Of a stretch of 64,000 nt of DNA, positions 37,103-50,398 are shown one piece after another. Every line of letters starts with the position of its first letter. The stretch's first letter is position 1. Source of the stretch: Octopus sinensis (Eukaryota); assembly GCF_006345805.1 (NCBI RefSeq), contig NC_043008.1, positions 13,640,001-13,704,000 of the forward strand, written 5' to 3'. The position numbers were made by a program, and so were the translations under genes. Below the pieces are notes generated by a model. That model searched no databases and had not been told where the DNA came from. It saw only the letters and a list, made by a program, of their open reading frames with translations.

Positions 37103-37157
37103 TACTACTACTACTACTACTACTTCTACTGCTACTGCTGCTGCTGCTGCTGTTTTT

Positions 37158-37352
37158 GTTGTTAAGCAACAAGACGGGTAAGGGTGATTAGGTGATGGTC
37201 TAGGGCTTAGGGGCGGGATAACCCAGACCTTGGAAAAAAACGTTTGGTCGTTTTGTTGTAGTCGAGGGCTCTTCGTTGGCGCCCTACACCACTGGGAGGT
37301 GGCCCTCGAAGTCGCTGGAAATGGAGATCTCCAGGTCCAAAGTCTTCAACGG
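37158..37352 (-). mobile_element. Unclassified interspersed repeat (family E), copy 2, embedded in (CTA)n/(CTG)n
   Basis: Matches 16444-16640 in reverse. Flanked by microsatellites at 37032-37152 and 37353-37450. Confidence 0.8.
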
Positions 37353-37414
<62 letters not shown>

Positions 37415-38073
37415 ACTACTACTGCTACTGCTGCTGCTGCTGCTGCTACTTAGGTAGAGGCGTTGGAGTATCTCAAGAACGTCGGAGAAATACTTTCTTT
37501 GTGCTTCATAATTTCTGACTTCACAAACCACTGGAGTCAACTCTACTCTTCTAATCTTCACTCCATGATCGATATAATAGATTACAAATGAAGACATGAG
37601 GCCAATGGTAGCGACTAAACCCCTGTTCTCAAAATCGCTGGTCTTCTGCCTCAATTATCTTCATCGAAATCTCCATAATTAATATCACTTTTATTATAGA
37701 ACACATTGTAAGAATTAATTATCTCGTCACATCAACTCCGACTCTCATGTACGATACTCACTTGTAACTAAACCGTGATTTACAATTCAAGTTTAGTTTT
37801 GCTGTTCACAGCTTTTTAATCAATATTCTTGAGTCATGATGCTAATCTTACCTACAGGAACCAAACCGAAATAGAATTTATTTATTTCTATCAGATTTAT
37901 ATATTTCGGATATTAGTAGCAGCCTAGGGAATGTTTAGTATTGTATGTAACACGTTACACAAGTTTATTGATGCAGACAAGACAAGAAAGAAAATATTGC
38001 GTAATTGCACATCGTAGTAGAAATAATAGATTATACTTCACGAAAAACACGACTTTCATTAAAATGTATGACT

Positions 38074-38258
38074 TTATACGGTAAGGAAGACTGGGGTACT
38101 AAAGGCCTGAATGTGACTCAAAGGTCCCCACGAGTCGAATTCACAATATTTACGGGAGTTTACGGGAGATTATACGGTAAGGAAGACTGGGGTACTGTAA
38201 GCCTGAATGTGAATCAATTGTCCCCACGAGTTGAATTCACAATATTTATGGGAGATTA
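38074..38258 (+). repeat. Tandem duplication, 96-bp period, two units
   Basis: ttatacggtaaggaagactggggtact...ccccacgagt.gaattcacaatattta.gggag starts at 38074 and again at 38170. Confidence 0.9.
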
Positions 38259-38514
38259 TGTTGCTTTCAGTCCTAGGATCAAATTATGAAGTTGATGGAC
38301 TTATTACTACTGCCATTGCCAATGGCGACCATCAAGTGCTGCTACCCCTGCAACATATATGTCAACTATCAAATCTCTTTAAGGTCTCTTTGTATTTATT
38401 CGTATCTCCTCCGGTTCTTTTCCTTTTTTTTTTTTTTGCTCGCTGATACAGAAAATATGATTATTATTAGCATTACCAAAGAAGCAAGCGAGCAGAATTA
38501 TTGGCACAACGGAC

Positions 38515-38690
38515 AAAATGCTTATCAGTATTTCGTCCGTTCTGTATACAAATTCCGACGACATCAACTTCGCTTTTATCCTCTCAGTGTCGATAAACTA
38601 AGTAGCAGTCAAATACTGGGGTTGATATAATCGACTTACCCTATCACCTGTAATTGCCGGCATTGTGCCAAACCTGGAAACCATCATTAC
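38515..38690 (+). mobile_element. Diverged SINE family D fragment
   Basis: caaattccgacgacatcaacttcgcttttatcctctcagtgtcgataaactaagtagcag...ggcattgtgccaaac. Confidence 0.65.
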
Positions 38691-38708
38691 AACTACTACT
38701 ACTACTAC

Positions 38709-38750
<42 letters not shown>

Positions 38751-39081
38751 CACCACCACTACTACTAAATCTACCACCGCCACCACACTACTACTACTAC
38801 TACTACTACTACAATAACAATGATAGCAAGAATATCTAGGAAAGGGAAGACGAATTTGACATAGGAAACAAAAACACCATTCACAAATCAACAACGTCAT
38901 ACCAGATCATTAATAATATCTCTAGTACCATCCCATAAGCCATCATTACAAGCATATCCCAGGCCACACACACAACCCTTACATCTCATATCCCAATACC
39001 GGGAAAATTTACTCATCATTAACTACGCAGCAATAAAGACTAAATTGAGAGAACTTATTCAATGCATATATATATATACAC

Positions 39082-39151
<70 letters not shown>

Positions 39152-39429
39152 GTATGTATAAACATACAGGCGTGTTACACACGCAGACACGAAGAAATAA
39201 CATACCAACACACATAAATTCATCTTAACAACAAAAGACACATCACCATAAAAACTAAATACCCTGAGGGAATCGGGTCTTTCAGCAGAAATATTAGCAG
39301 ACTATGAAAAACCGTTCGCGGGATCATCCACATACAACCATGGGGACAAACCATCCATCCGCACCTGCTCCACAAAATCCCTGTAAGCAGCCTACAGCCA
39401 GGCAGGCAAATGGACTGCAGATACAGAGA

Positions 39430-39714
<285 letters not shown>

Positions 39715-41125
39715 CTTTCTCTTTAATATTCCCACATTAGGAATTTGGTAATGTTATGACTTCTACATTGGTTTCTAAAATTTTATTGCTTATTTTATTC
39801 AGATTTATAACAAATAAAATGTATGCATTTTCATAACAAAAAAGTTAATAATCAAGATATTTTGCAGGATATTCGAACCATTTCCATCATACTGTGAACA
39901 TGAATTTTCAGTAAATCTGACATTTGTAATTTGGGTGCTTCTTTCCAAACTACAAGATATAAAACATCCTTGAAAGGAAATTTGACTTAATGATTGCTAT
40001 GAATTTTCAATGTGACTTCAATTACGGAAGATGTCGATGTCAAAATAATATCCGGAATTAATGGTGTTGGTGAAACCCTTTGACTAATCTTGCAGAAGGA
40101 GATGCATCATTATCACGTTCATTGATATTTCGGCATTATGCGATTGAGGGCCTGATATATAAAGGGACTGAGGTCCTTTTATAAAAGGCCCTCCTTTATA
40201 ATATTATGTAATGATATTTGCTATGCGGTGACATTTATTATGCAGTTACATAAAAACCCACACATCCAGATTCACTTGTCAGTTGCTGTCAATTTTCTAT
40301 ATCTCTTTAAATTGATTTTCGAAGATATATGCAATGTCCATCTTATTACCTTCATTCACTTAATAAAAGAGATATTTAAGATTGATATTTTAAAGGCACT
40401 GCAAGTTCATCTTAATTTCATGATTTAAATATATCAGAAAATGAATAGAGTATCAAAATACTTTTTGAAACTTGACACATAAAGATCTTCACTTTTACAC
40501 ATGCATTCATATTTGTTTTTACTCAATCTGAATATATATAATTTTTTCCCATTGATTACGTGAACATGTGAGGCAAATGAAGCATTAGTTTATGATAATG
40601 CTTTTTCTCTAACTAGTATTTAATTTCAGAACGAGACGTATTCAATCCTCCGTTTTATTACGCATTTTCAACTTGATTTATTCCCTTAAGTGTCATAAAA
40701 AGAGATGCGTCATATTCATTTCATGCAGAGGTCATCTGAGTACTCACAAAAATTTGAGCCATCAAGCAAGGCAATTCATTGCATCATGCCGCGCATCACT
40801 TCGTCGAGGTTAAAGTGTCCATGTATTAATAAAGACAACATTCCATTCTATCTTACTTTAGTCCATATTTTTTTTATCTCTCTCTCTCTCACGCACGCAC
40901 ACACACACACACACACACCTACACACACCTACACACACCTACACACACCTACACACACATACACACACATATATATATATATCGATACCAGAACCAAGTT
41001 GACCATCAATACTTGTCCAGATCTATTGTAGTACTACTGTAGTAGTTTTGTAACTAATCACTGGCACAGAAGCATTTTTCATTTCTCTTTTTAGCGACGT
41101 AGGTGCTCATGTAGTGCCCTTGTGA

Positions 41126-41466
<341 letters not shown>

Positions 41467-41589
41467 ATATTGAGGAAGAATGTGAAATCTCATTCGTCTG
41501 TTTGAATTCGGAAGTACTGGTCTTTGAATATATGCTATTCGATGGCGTTTCGTCGAGTACTTATGGCTAATTATCAGTGTTCTCAAAAT

Positions 41590-41710
41590 ATATACAAGGG
41601 ACTTCTTTCAGTTTCCGTCTAACAAATACCCTCACAATGCTTTGGTGAGCCTGAACCCGGAACAATGTGGTAAGGAAGCAAGCTTCTTATCACATAGCCA
41701 CGCCTGCGCC
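41590..41710 (-). mobile_element. SINE family C 5' half with an internal deletion
   Basis: cttctttcagtttccgtct..caaat..ctcacaa.gctttggt / ctgaacccggaac.atgtgg...cacatagccacgcctgcgcc. Confidence 0.8.
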
Positions 41711-42605
41711 CATAGTCTGTTGGTTTAATTTACAAAAGTTGAGCGCCTTTAATCTCTTACTTCACTATAACATACAATTTATGCTAAATTTGATGAAGGT
41801 TCTAAAAAAAGAAACAAAGCTTTTATTTCTGCAACAACAGAAGGTACTTTATTACACTCACCGAATTACTTGCAATGCATAGAGGTTTGTATCTTAAAGG
41901 CATATGCATGAGAGAATTTCTAAGGACCAAGTGTGCCTGAACCAACACTTATTCATAATTTAATATACATTTTATCGTAGACATATTTGATCTTATTTAT
42001 GAGCACATAGATTGCTTTTACACTGGATATACAAGGAGAAACTGAGTAAATTAAATACTAAGAACGTTGGCACTTGGAAAATTACATAGAAAAGAAGCGG
42101 AATCAATCGATGATACTAGTTTTCCTTTGGGTAATTTTCGAAGGAGTGTGGCGATTGGTTGTTTAGCTTAAGGTCACAGGCTTTGATCAACTTCGTTTCT
42201 AATCAAATCATTCTGTGCTCACCCATCCCGTATATCCATCACACGTACTCAATCCAGTCTGATTATTCGAAAGCATCGTTCCACGTATTAAATTTGTAGA
42301 AACGTAGATATACAGAAACATGAGTGTAGGTACATATATACACATAGACACATAGAGACGCAGACATACACAATCGCAGACACACACACATACATATATG
42401 TATATACATATATATAAACACACACACATATATAAATATAATATATAGATAGAAATATATTCATATATATAACCAATATATATATATATATATATATATA
42501 CATACAAACAAACGTTTATATATATGTATATATAAATATATATACATTATATTTGCATATATTTATACACAGACATACACGCATACACACACGCACACAC
42601 ATATA

Positions 42606-42653
<48 letters not shown>

Positions 42654-42746
42654 ATATATATATATATGTATATATATATATACATATATATAAACACACA
42701 CACATATATAAATATAATATATAGATAGAAATATATTCATATATAA

Positions 42747-42815
<69 letters not shown>

Positions 42816-43615
42816 ATATATATATATATATAACTATATATATACATTCATACAAATATATATATATATATGTGTGAGTGTATCTTTGTTATGTATATAT
42901 TTGTACGTATGTTATGCACAATAGGATTTGGATGTTGAAAACACGGGGAATTATTCCCGCGTAATTTTTGCACAGCCTTGTAGTTTGTGCTTCACTATCC
43001 TTGAGTAAGAACTGGCATCCATAATTTCATTGTTGAGAAATCGTTGGAGACTGAAGCACACACTTTATCATGGCATCAGGTATAAATCCTTTTAGGCTGC
43101 TTTTGCCGTTACTAATTAAATGCTACGTCTTCATCGACCACACCAAAATGTCAAAAGCTGTTGATTCCGAAGATTGAAAATGTTTCTCTCTGGAGACTTG
43201 CTTTTGATTGATTGAATGTCAGACGTTATAATGAACCGCAGCGTGTTTGTTCCCGACCAGTCTTTGGACACTTGTTTGCCAAATATTTGTGATAGCATAT
43301 GGGGCCCTTTCACGTCGTGATGTAATGTATATGTAAAGTATACTCATTACTATGTCCTTCTTATTTGCCCTTTCCCGTTTTGTATTCGTTTCTCTCTCTC
43401 TCTCTTTTACACTCACTCACTCTCTATTTCTCTCTCTCTCTCACTTACTCTCTATTTCTCTCTCCCTCTCACTTACTCTCTATTTCTCTCTCCCTCTCTC
43501 TCTCTCTCTATTTCTCTCTCCCCCTCTCTCTCGCTCTCTATTTCTCTCTCCCCCTCTCTCTCTCTCTATTTCTCTCCCCCCTCTCTCTCTCTCTATTTAT
43601 CTCTCCCCCTCTCTC

Positions 43616-43680
<65 letters not shown>

Positions 43681-43864
43681 TCTCTGAAACACGCGCGCTT
43701 TAAATCATTCGTCTAAATATATGTGTATATATATATATATCATCGTCGATCCATCTGCTTCTTTTCCGCTGGGAAACACTTCTAATAATTCGTTATCATT
43801 GTTCTTATTGTTTAACCCGGATCAGCTCTGAGTGAGCAGGTTTATGGTCTTACACAGTCAAGCC

Positions 43865-44035
43865 TAGGCGCAGCCGTAGCTGTGTGTGTTAATAAGTTTG
43901 CTTCCAAACAACATGGTTCTGGGTTCATACCCACTAAGTGAAACCATGGGAGCGGGCCTTCTACTATAGCCTTGGGACGACCAAAGACTTGTATGTGGAC
44001 TTGTTGGACGGAAACTGAAAGAAGCTCGTTGTGTA
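43865..44035 (+). mobile_element. SINE family C 5' half, diverged
   Basis: ggcgcagccgtagctgtgtg...catggttctgggttca...cttctactatagcc...gacggaaactgaaagaagc. Confidence 0.8.
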
Positions 44036-44255
44036 CATAAATACATGCATACAACATTGCGTGGACAGGAGAAGCTGGTATGCATTTCGGCGCTTATAAG
44101 ATCACAGATGGTTTTTAATATTTATAAACTATTTAATCTATACAATATATTTAATCTGCCGCATACACTTACACTCGGCTACTGTGAAATTTTTACTCAA
44201 TGTGTGTATACCCACACACAACACACACACATACGCACACGGACACACACTCATG

Positions 44256-44352
<97 letters not shown>

Positions 44353-44517
44353 TGATAGATAGACAGATATATGCCAGCGTTCATTAACTTATTATTATCA
44401 GCCCCATCAATGACGGGATAGTATGAACTCCAAGTATTGCAATGTTCATTCTTCTGAACTTTTCCAAATTTTCAAGAGATATATTTGTTCGTGTTATTGT
44501 ATTTTTAAAAGAATTTA

Positions 44518-44553
<36 letters not shown>

Positions 44554-44558
44554 ATTAA

Positions 44559-44589
<31 letters not shown>

Positions 44590-45103
44590 TTGTCTTGGTA
44601 TAATTCAAGGAATTTCGTCATTCTAACCGAGAACATTCCATACTGAGAATGTCAGATGCATATTTGTGTGTGTGTGTGTTATGTGTGTGTATATGTGTGC
44701 GTGTGCGAGCGCTCATTCTGCGTATACATAGGGAGAGTGTGTTTGTGTGCCTATTCGACCGGTTAGAGAGTTGCACTCATTACTGCGACATCGTTGGCTT
44801 CAGTTCCAGTATCCGGAGATGGTTGTGAGTAAAACGCCTCGGGTCACGTTGCTCCGCGATCACCTCGACCCATGTCATATGGTACACCGTACAGTTTTTT
44901 TTATGGAAACATCGATTTAATGAACTAAGTGAGCTAATGCACAGCACGCATTTAATCACTACGAACAAATGAAATATCTATGCTATTGAACAACCTGCTA
45001 AGATATATATGTAAGTGTGTGTGTATGTGTGTGTATGCGTGTGTATGCAGCTCTCCCTCTCTTTCTCTCTCTCACTCTGTATACATATGTGTGTGTCTGT
45101 GTG

Positions 45104-45164
<61 letters not shown>

Positions 45165-45584
45165 TGGAATATTTCATTCGGGAGGGGCGTACTGCCCCGA
45201 TGATTTTAGCCTGGTCTCTGAGTATATAATGATCAATACGTGATGAAGTTTTAAAACAGAAACAGTTCTCTACTTCAACATGCTTTGACGTGATTTGTTC
45301 ATTTGTTTTTTGAGATGGAGAATATGACACAGAGAGTCTATGACTGCTTCGTTGCTTGTAGAAATGTCATCAATTAATAAAATACATTTGCAACTCCGTA
45401 TTAAACCATTACAATGGGAGAGACGGACTTCCATTGGCCAATACGTCCAACGTTTATCAAAGAATTAAATTATGTAACCACGTATATATCTGTGTAGATA
45501 TGTGTATTCGTTTGCGCATGTGTGGGAGTTGGTTAGTGATTGTGTTTATGTATATATGCATGTACATATGTATGTATCTATGTA

Positions 45585-46160
45585 TTAGGTCATCCCATAA
45601 ATAATGCGGTTTTCTTATACTTTTATTTTTCAAAATTAAGATACCCAAATTTCTTTTTTAATCTAAAATATACTATGCTTCATTTTGTACAATGATTTCC
45701 ATATATCTGGTAGACTTGCAAGACCCATCTTCCAAAATTCACTTGTCCCTGACGATAAATACTCCTCCTTTACTGTTCTGACCTCGTATACAGAATTCAT
45801 ATTTTTTCCATCCAAATGATTTTGAAAACTGTAGAATGAATGATAATCAGATGGGGCAATGTCTGGCGAATATGGTGGGAGGGGAATAATTTCCAGATCA
45901 CACTGCTTCAGCCTTTCAAATTTCATCCTCACTGTATGTGGCCGAGCATTATCCTGATGGAAGACAATATTTCGTGTTGAAAACAAAGATGGTTGTTTTT
46001 CTTCTAGCGCTGATTTAAGCCGCTGAAGCTGCTCGCAGTAGATCTCCTTTGTTATTGCTTGGTTCAACTTTTCCTATCCCACCAAACACATAAGAACATC
46101 TTACGTGGATGAAGACCTTATTTAGCCTGAGATGCCAGTGTTTCTCCCTTCCTTTCCTTT
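45585..46160 (-). mobile_element. Mariner transposon 3' half (D,D34D catalytic region) with one TIR
   Basis: GLHPRKMFLCVWWD, then YCEQLQRLK..FHQDNARPH..PYSPDIAPSDYH..QNHLDGK. TIR TA|ttaggtcatcccataaataatgcggtttt at 45585. Confidence 0.9.
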
Positions 46161-46175
46161 CCGGCTTCGAAATTC

Positions 46176-46290
46176 TCACAGGGATTTAGTCGGCCCGAAA
46201 CCATAGTAGGATACACTTCTCCAAGATGCCCCGCAATGGGACTGAATCCGGAACCATGTGATGGAAGCAAACCACACAGCCACACAACTT
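46176..46290 (-). mobile_element. SINE family C 5' fragment
   Basis: gtcggcccgaaaccatagtagga.acactt..caagatgccccgcaatgggactgaa.ccggaaccatgtg. Confidence 0.75.
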
Positions 46291-47974
46291 ACACAGTTTA
46301 TTGCATTGAATCGTCAAGATATGTGTGCATGCAACCGATGTACCCACTTGGACATCTCCTGATGTTTCTAATAAAGTTTTCAGTCCCAATAAACTCTGCG
46401 GCATTATCCATAACTCTTACATTTTTCTCAATGTTTAAAATTGTAAAATTAATTTATGGACACCCTATTTAGAAAAAAACAATCTGTTATATACGTATCT
46501 CAAAACTGCTGTCTTTCTGTGCCCTCATACTCGTCTTTAATACCAATATTCTTTATTAACGTTAATACTTTTGGAAATTATATATTTGTACTGGTTATTC
46601 TTGTCCCTTTTCCAGTTTGTGGTACTGTAAGTGTCTGTTTTCTTCTATTTCTTTTATTTGACATGGTAAATTTAATTTGAAGGAATGCTTGTCAGCAGGT
46701 GAAAAGATATTAATAGTTTTGCAATTTTTTTTTTCCTTTTGTTTTACTTTCGATTAAGATGTTTCTCTGGCATTTCTAAATATAAATTCTTTCAAACTTT
46801 TCAGAAATGCTATCAAAACACCAAATGCAAATGAATTAACGATTGTTTCCCTCGTCATATTATAAACATCCATTTCGATATATTTTCTTTATTAATAACC
46901 CCTAGCTCATTTCTAATTCATGCCGTTTTGACTTAACCTGTTACGTACGCCATATGAGAGAAAGCAAATATTAAAATTCGTTTCTAAATGAATACAACTG
47001 AATATAAATAGAATTATACCTTGTTTCCGAGCAATAGTTCCTTGCAGAATAATGAATAAATCAATTTCGACAAGATTTTTTTTTCTGAATTACACTTGAA
47101 GTGAACTTCGCGTAAAATAAATTTCAAAAATTTCATTAGCTGCATTTTTTGGATGAGAGAACTTTACCAGTTTATATTTCATTCTGACACACACTTTATA
47201 TTTCATTTTCTTAAACAAAAACTATGTTGTACTATCATCGGCCGGTTTTCGATTCATTTTTATTTAAATGATACACGGATTTAATCTGCTATTAATATTT
47301 TCAATTCACGGTTCTTAATTATTTTTAGGGAAGTACATTTTCCCTAGCGCCATTGGCCAGCACTATGTGATACACAAAAAGGAATCCGACCGAAAAAAGG
47401 GGGTCAAGATGCTATAATTATCCCATATTTCTCCTTCAAACTGCATCTTTTTTTAGATTCTTGTTTTATTATTTTTTTTTACATTGTTCAATGTAATTAA
47501 ATGCGATGGGTCAGTTCAAAACGACTTTGATTGCTTACTTGATCGATCGCTCCAGAATTGGTAATCGAAAACAGCAACAACAATCAAAAGACCAACAACA
47601 ACTGTAGCGTGCATATTGGTTTTAGTCACAAATGTCACTCATCTTGTTGTCTACATCTGTATCGTAAATTCTGCTACTTGTTTTCCACGCTCGCAAACAC
47701 AGGCAGATGCTATAGCATTGTCTCCGCGTAACAGAGGTTATCAGGACGGCCATATAATCGCTTTCACATAAAAATAAACAATAATCCCTACATTACATTA
47801 CGTTATGCCAAACCTGAATAAGATAACATTATACACGTATGAATACAATATATTAGAACAATGTTCAAATTCAAAATTTCTTCAACTTTCGGCAGTGCTC
47901 CATATGTAGTGTACAGTATCCCTAATTAAAATAATACGATATCGTTTAGTTTATATCACTGCACATGTACATGT

Positions 47975-48319
47975 GAAGGCGCGTGGCTCAGTGGTTAGAG
48001 GGTCGATCTTACGATCGTGAGGTTCTGAGTTCGAATCCCGGAGCGGGCTGCGTGTTGTCTTCTTGAGCAAGACGCTTTATTTCACGTTCCTGCAGTTGAC
48101 TCAGCTGCAGAAATGAGTTGCGACGTCACAGGTGCCAAGATGTATCGGCCCTTGTCTTTCCCTTGCATAACACTGGTGACGTGGAGAGGGGAGGCCAGTA
48201 TGCAGAGCGACTGCTGGTCTTCCATAAAAAAAAAACAACCTTGCCCAGACTTGTGCCTCAGAGGATAACTCTCTAGGTGCAAGCCCATGGTCAGTGTCTG
48301 ACCGAATGGAGACGCAACA
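47975..48319 (+). mobile_element. SINE with a family B head and a different 3' half; perfect TSD
   Basis: The head and core match family B up to cagctgcagaaatgagttg, then the sequence is unrelated. 12-bp TSD acatgtacatgt (47963-47974 / 48320-48331). Confidence 0.88.
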
Positions 48320-49019
48320 ACATGTACATGTATCTGAATTGTGTCGGTATATGTACATCTTATTGATCAGAGATTTCGGCATATAAATGAGATTTATATT
48401 TCTCTGGCGCGTCTCCAATACGAAAAATACACACTGGTCCAATGGTCCTTAAAACGGGAAAAGGATTGCTGATATTTCTTTAATTTGTATATCGACACAT
48501 TGTAGCAATCAAATATATATTATATAAACCACAGTGGACACACATCTATTCTATTCAATATCTACTTGAGAATTCGAATCAGAGTAAATTAACTATTATA
48601 GAAACGTTTCCCAGTCGTCATTGTAAAAACGTGAATACAGTTGAAATCAACTAGATATAGATTTTTTTCTTTACAAACTGATTAAATTATCTCATAATTC
48701 AATCTTTCAGTATCTGAAAGAATATTTTATTTGGTAAATTAAGTGAAAGAAAGACATTTATTATCGAAAATTCATTGAGAAAAATTGTATTGAATATAAA
48801 ATTGTATTTGATATGTTCGTATGAATATCATGTGACACTGAAATGGAGAACATACGTAGAACAATATATAGATATACACCTAGTCAACAATAATAAATAA
48901 CATATTTAGAGTAAGTCTAGGTCATGAGTGTGAGTTCAACGGTTCAATTATTCTTATTCAAAGCACCTATATACATATATATATTGTAAATCTTTTCATA
49001 TATATGCATACATATGAGG

Positions 49020-49053
<34 letters not shown>

Positions 49054-49105
49054 TTGATATAGATATATACACATATGTATATGTATGCATACATATATAT
49101 ATATA

Positions 49106-49144
<39 letters not shown>

Positions 49145-49177
49145 ATGTATACACACACACACACACACACACATATG

Positions 49178-49222
<45 letters not shown>

Positions 49223-50346
49223 GTTGCTGTTATGCAAAAGTGTCGAAAGTCGAAGACGTTGCTTCTTCAGAAAACGAAAAAATAGTTTCACCATTCCATG
49301 ACAAAACCGTTGTACTACACTGTGATAATTTTTGATATCTCGGCATCTGAAACAGCTGGAGATACGGTAGTTTGACCAAAAGAACCAACTATTCCGAGCA
49401 AAATTAAATAATAATACAAAAACGCACTTGGTCAAATTTGGACATACGACAGTTTTACTTAACAGCATCGATATATATATCCATCTGCCTTCCTCTAAGT
49501 ATTGATAGAGAGATAAATAGATGTACGTATGTATGTAGCTATGAATGGATGTATGTTATGTATGAATGTGCGTGTATGTATGTGTGTGTGACTATGTGAT
49601 TTGTATCGAGTCAATATATAAGCACATACATACAAAGAACTTGACGTACTGTTTGCGAAAGACATTAAAATAGGTATATGATACTGATTAAACACCTAAT
49701 AAAACTTCCTTGAAGAGTAACCTAAAGGACTCTCCATCATAGACAGCAGAAGAATTCTACATGATTTTTTGGTCATGTTTATGAACAAGAGTAAAAAGTG
49801 GAAGAAAACCTGGGAAGTGTAGGGACTTTTTACAGTAACAGTGCTCACAAAAATCAAATATTATAGAGCATCTGGTTTACAAGGCTATTCACCTTCATTC
49901 GGGATATTATTCCATTCTCTTATCCTACACTTGGAATTGAGATGAAGTAAAAAAAAAAAAAAGAAATGTTAAAAAGCTATGTCTGAAATATTCTGTGTTC
50001 CTGTAGCGATCGCAATTTACTTTATTAATAGTTAATTTCCCCCCAACGAGCACCTGTGCAGAGAAGTAAGGTGCCTGTTTTTCGAAAAACCTTTTTTTAA
50101 GCATTTTCTCTCGTGTTTATCTTGCACATAAATATCCATATTTAATAAGTTGTGTAGTTCTAATTGAAGGATATATCCGGCATATTTATTATTTTCTCTA
50201 AAAACGAAAATGAGTGAAAATGATATTGCCACATGTATATGTTTGTGCATACGTATGTACGCGAGAGGTTGTATAGATATATAAATATTTATGACCATAT
50301 GTACATGCATAATGTATCCAAGTAACCATGTATATTTATGTGTGTG

Positions 50347-50398
<52 letters not shown>

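Noticed and set aside
38074-38258. Possible CRISPR-like repeat-spacer pattern
   Set aside because: There are only two contiguous units, no unique spacers and no cas genes, and the context is eukaryotic.
39240-39425. GC-richer island that might be the 5' part of another RLE LINE (..GKWT..)
   Set aside because: A 4-residue resemblance is not enough, and it is cut off by (GATA)n.
42405-42752. Duplicated segment of about 75 bp (aaacacacacacatatataaatataatatatagatagaaatatattc..) within TA tracts
   Set aside because: It is low complexity and most simply explained by slippage or an assembly echo.
44755-44895. Possible very old SINE B-like head (ggttagagagtt...cacgttgctcc)
   Set aside because: The similarity is too patchy to assign by eye.
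46890-46950. TTAACC-type motifs suggesting piggyBac ends (also near 23175 and 43812), and a hAT-like tggcaacactg at 56962
   Set aside because: I found no matching partner terminus or TSD. Such short motifs are expected by chance.
49226-49300. CTGAAGA-containing segment on the minus strand resembling a hammerhead core
   Set aside because: There is no GAAA at the right position and no closing stem I.
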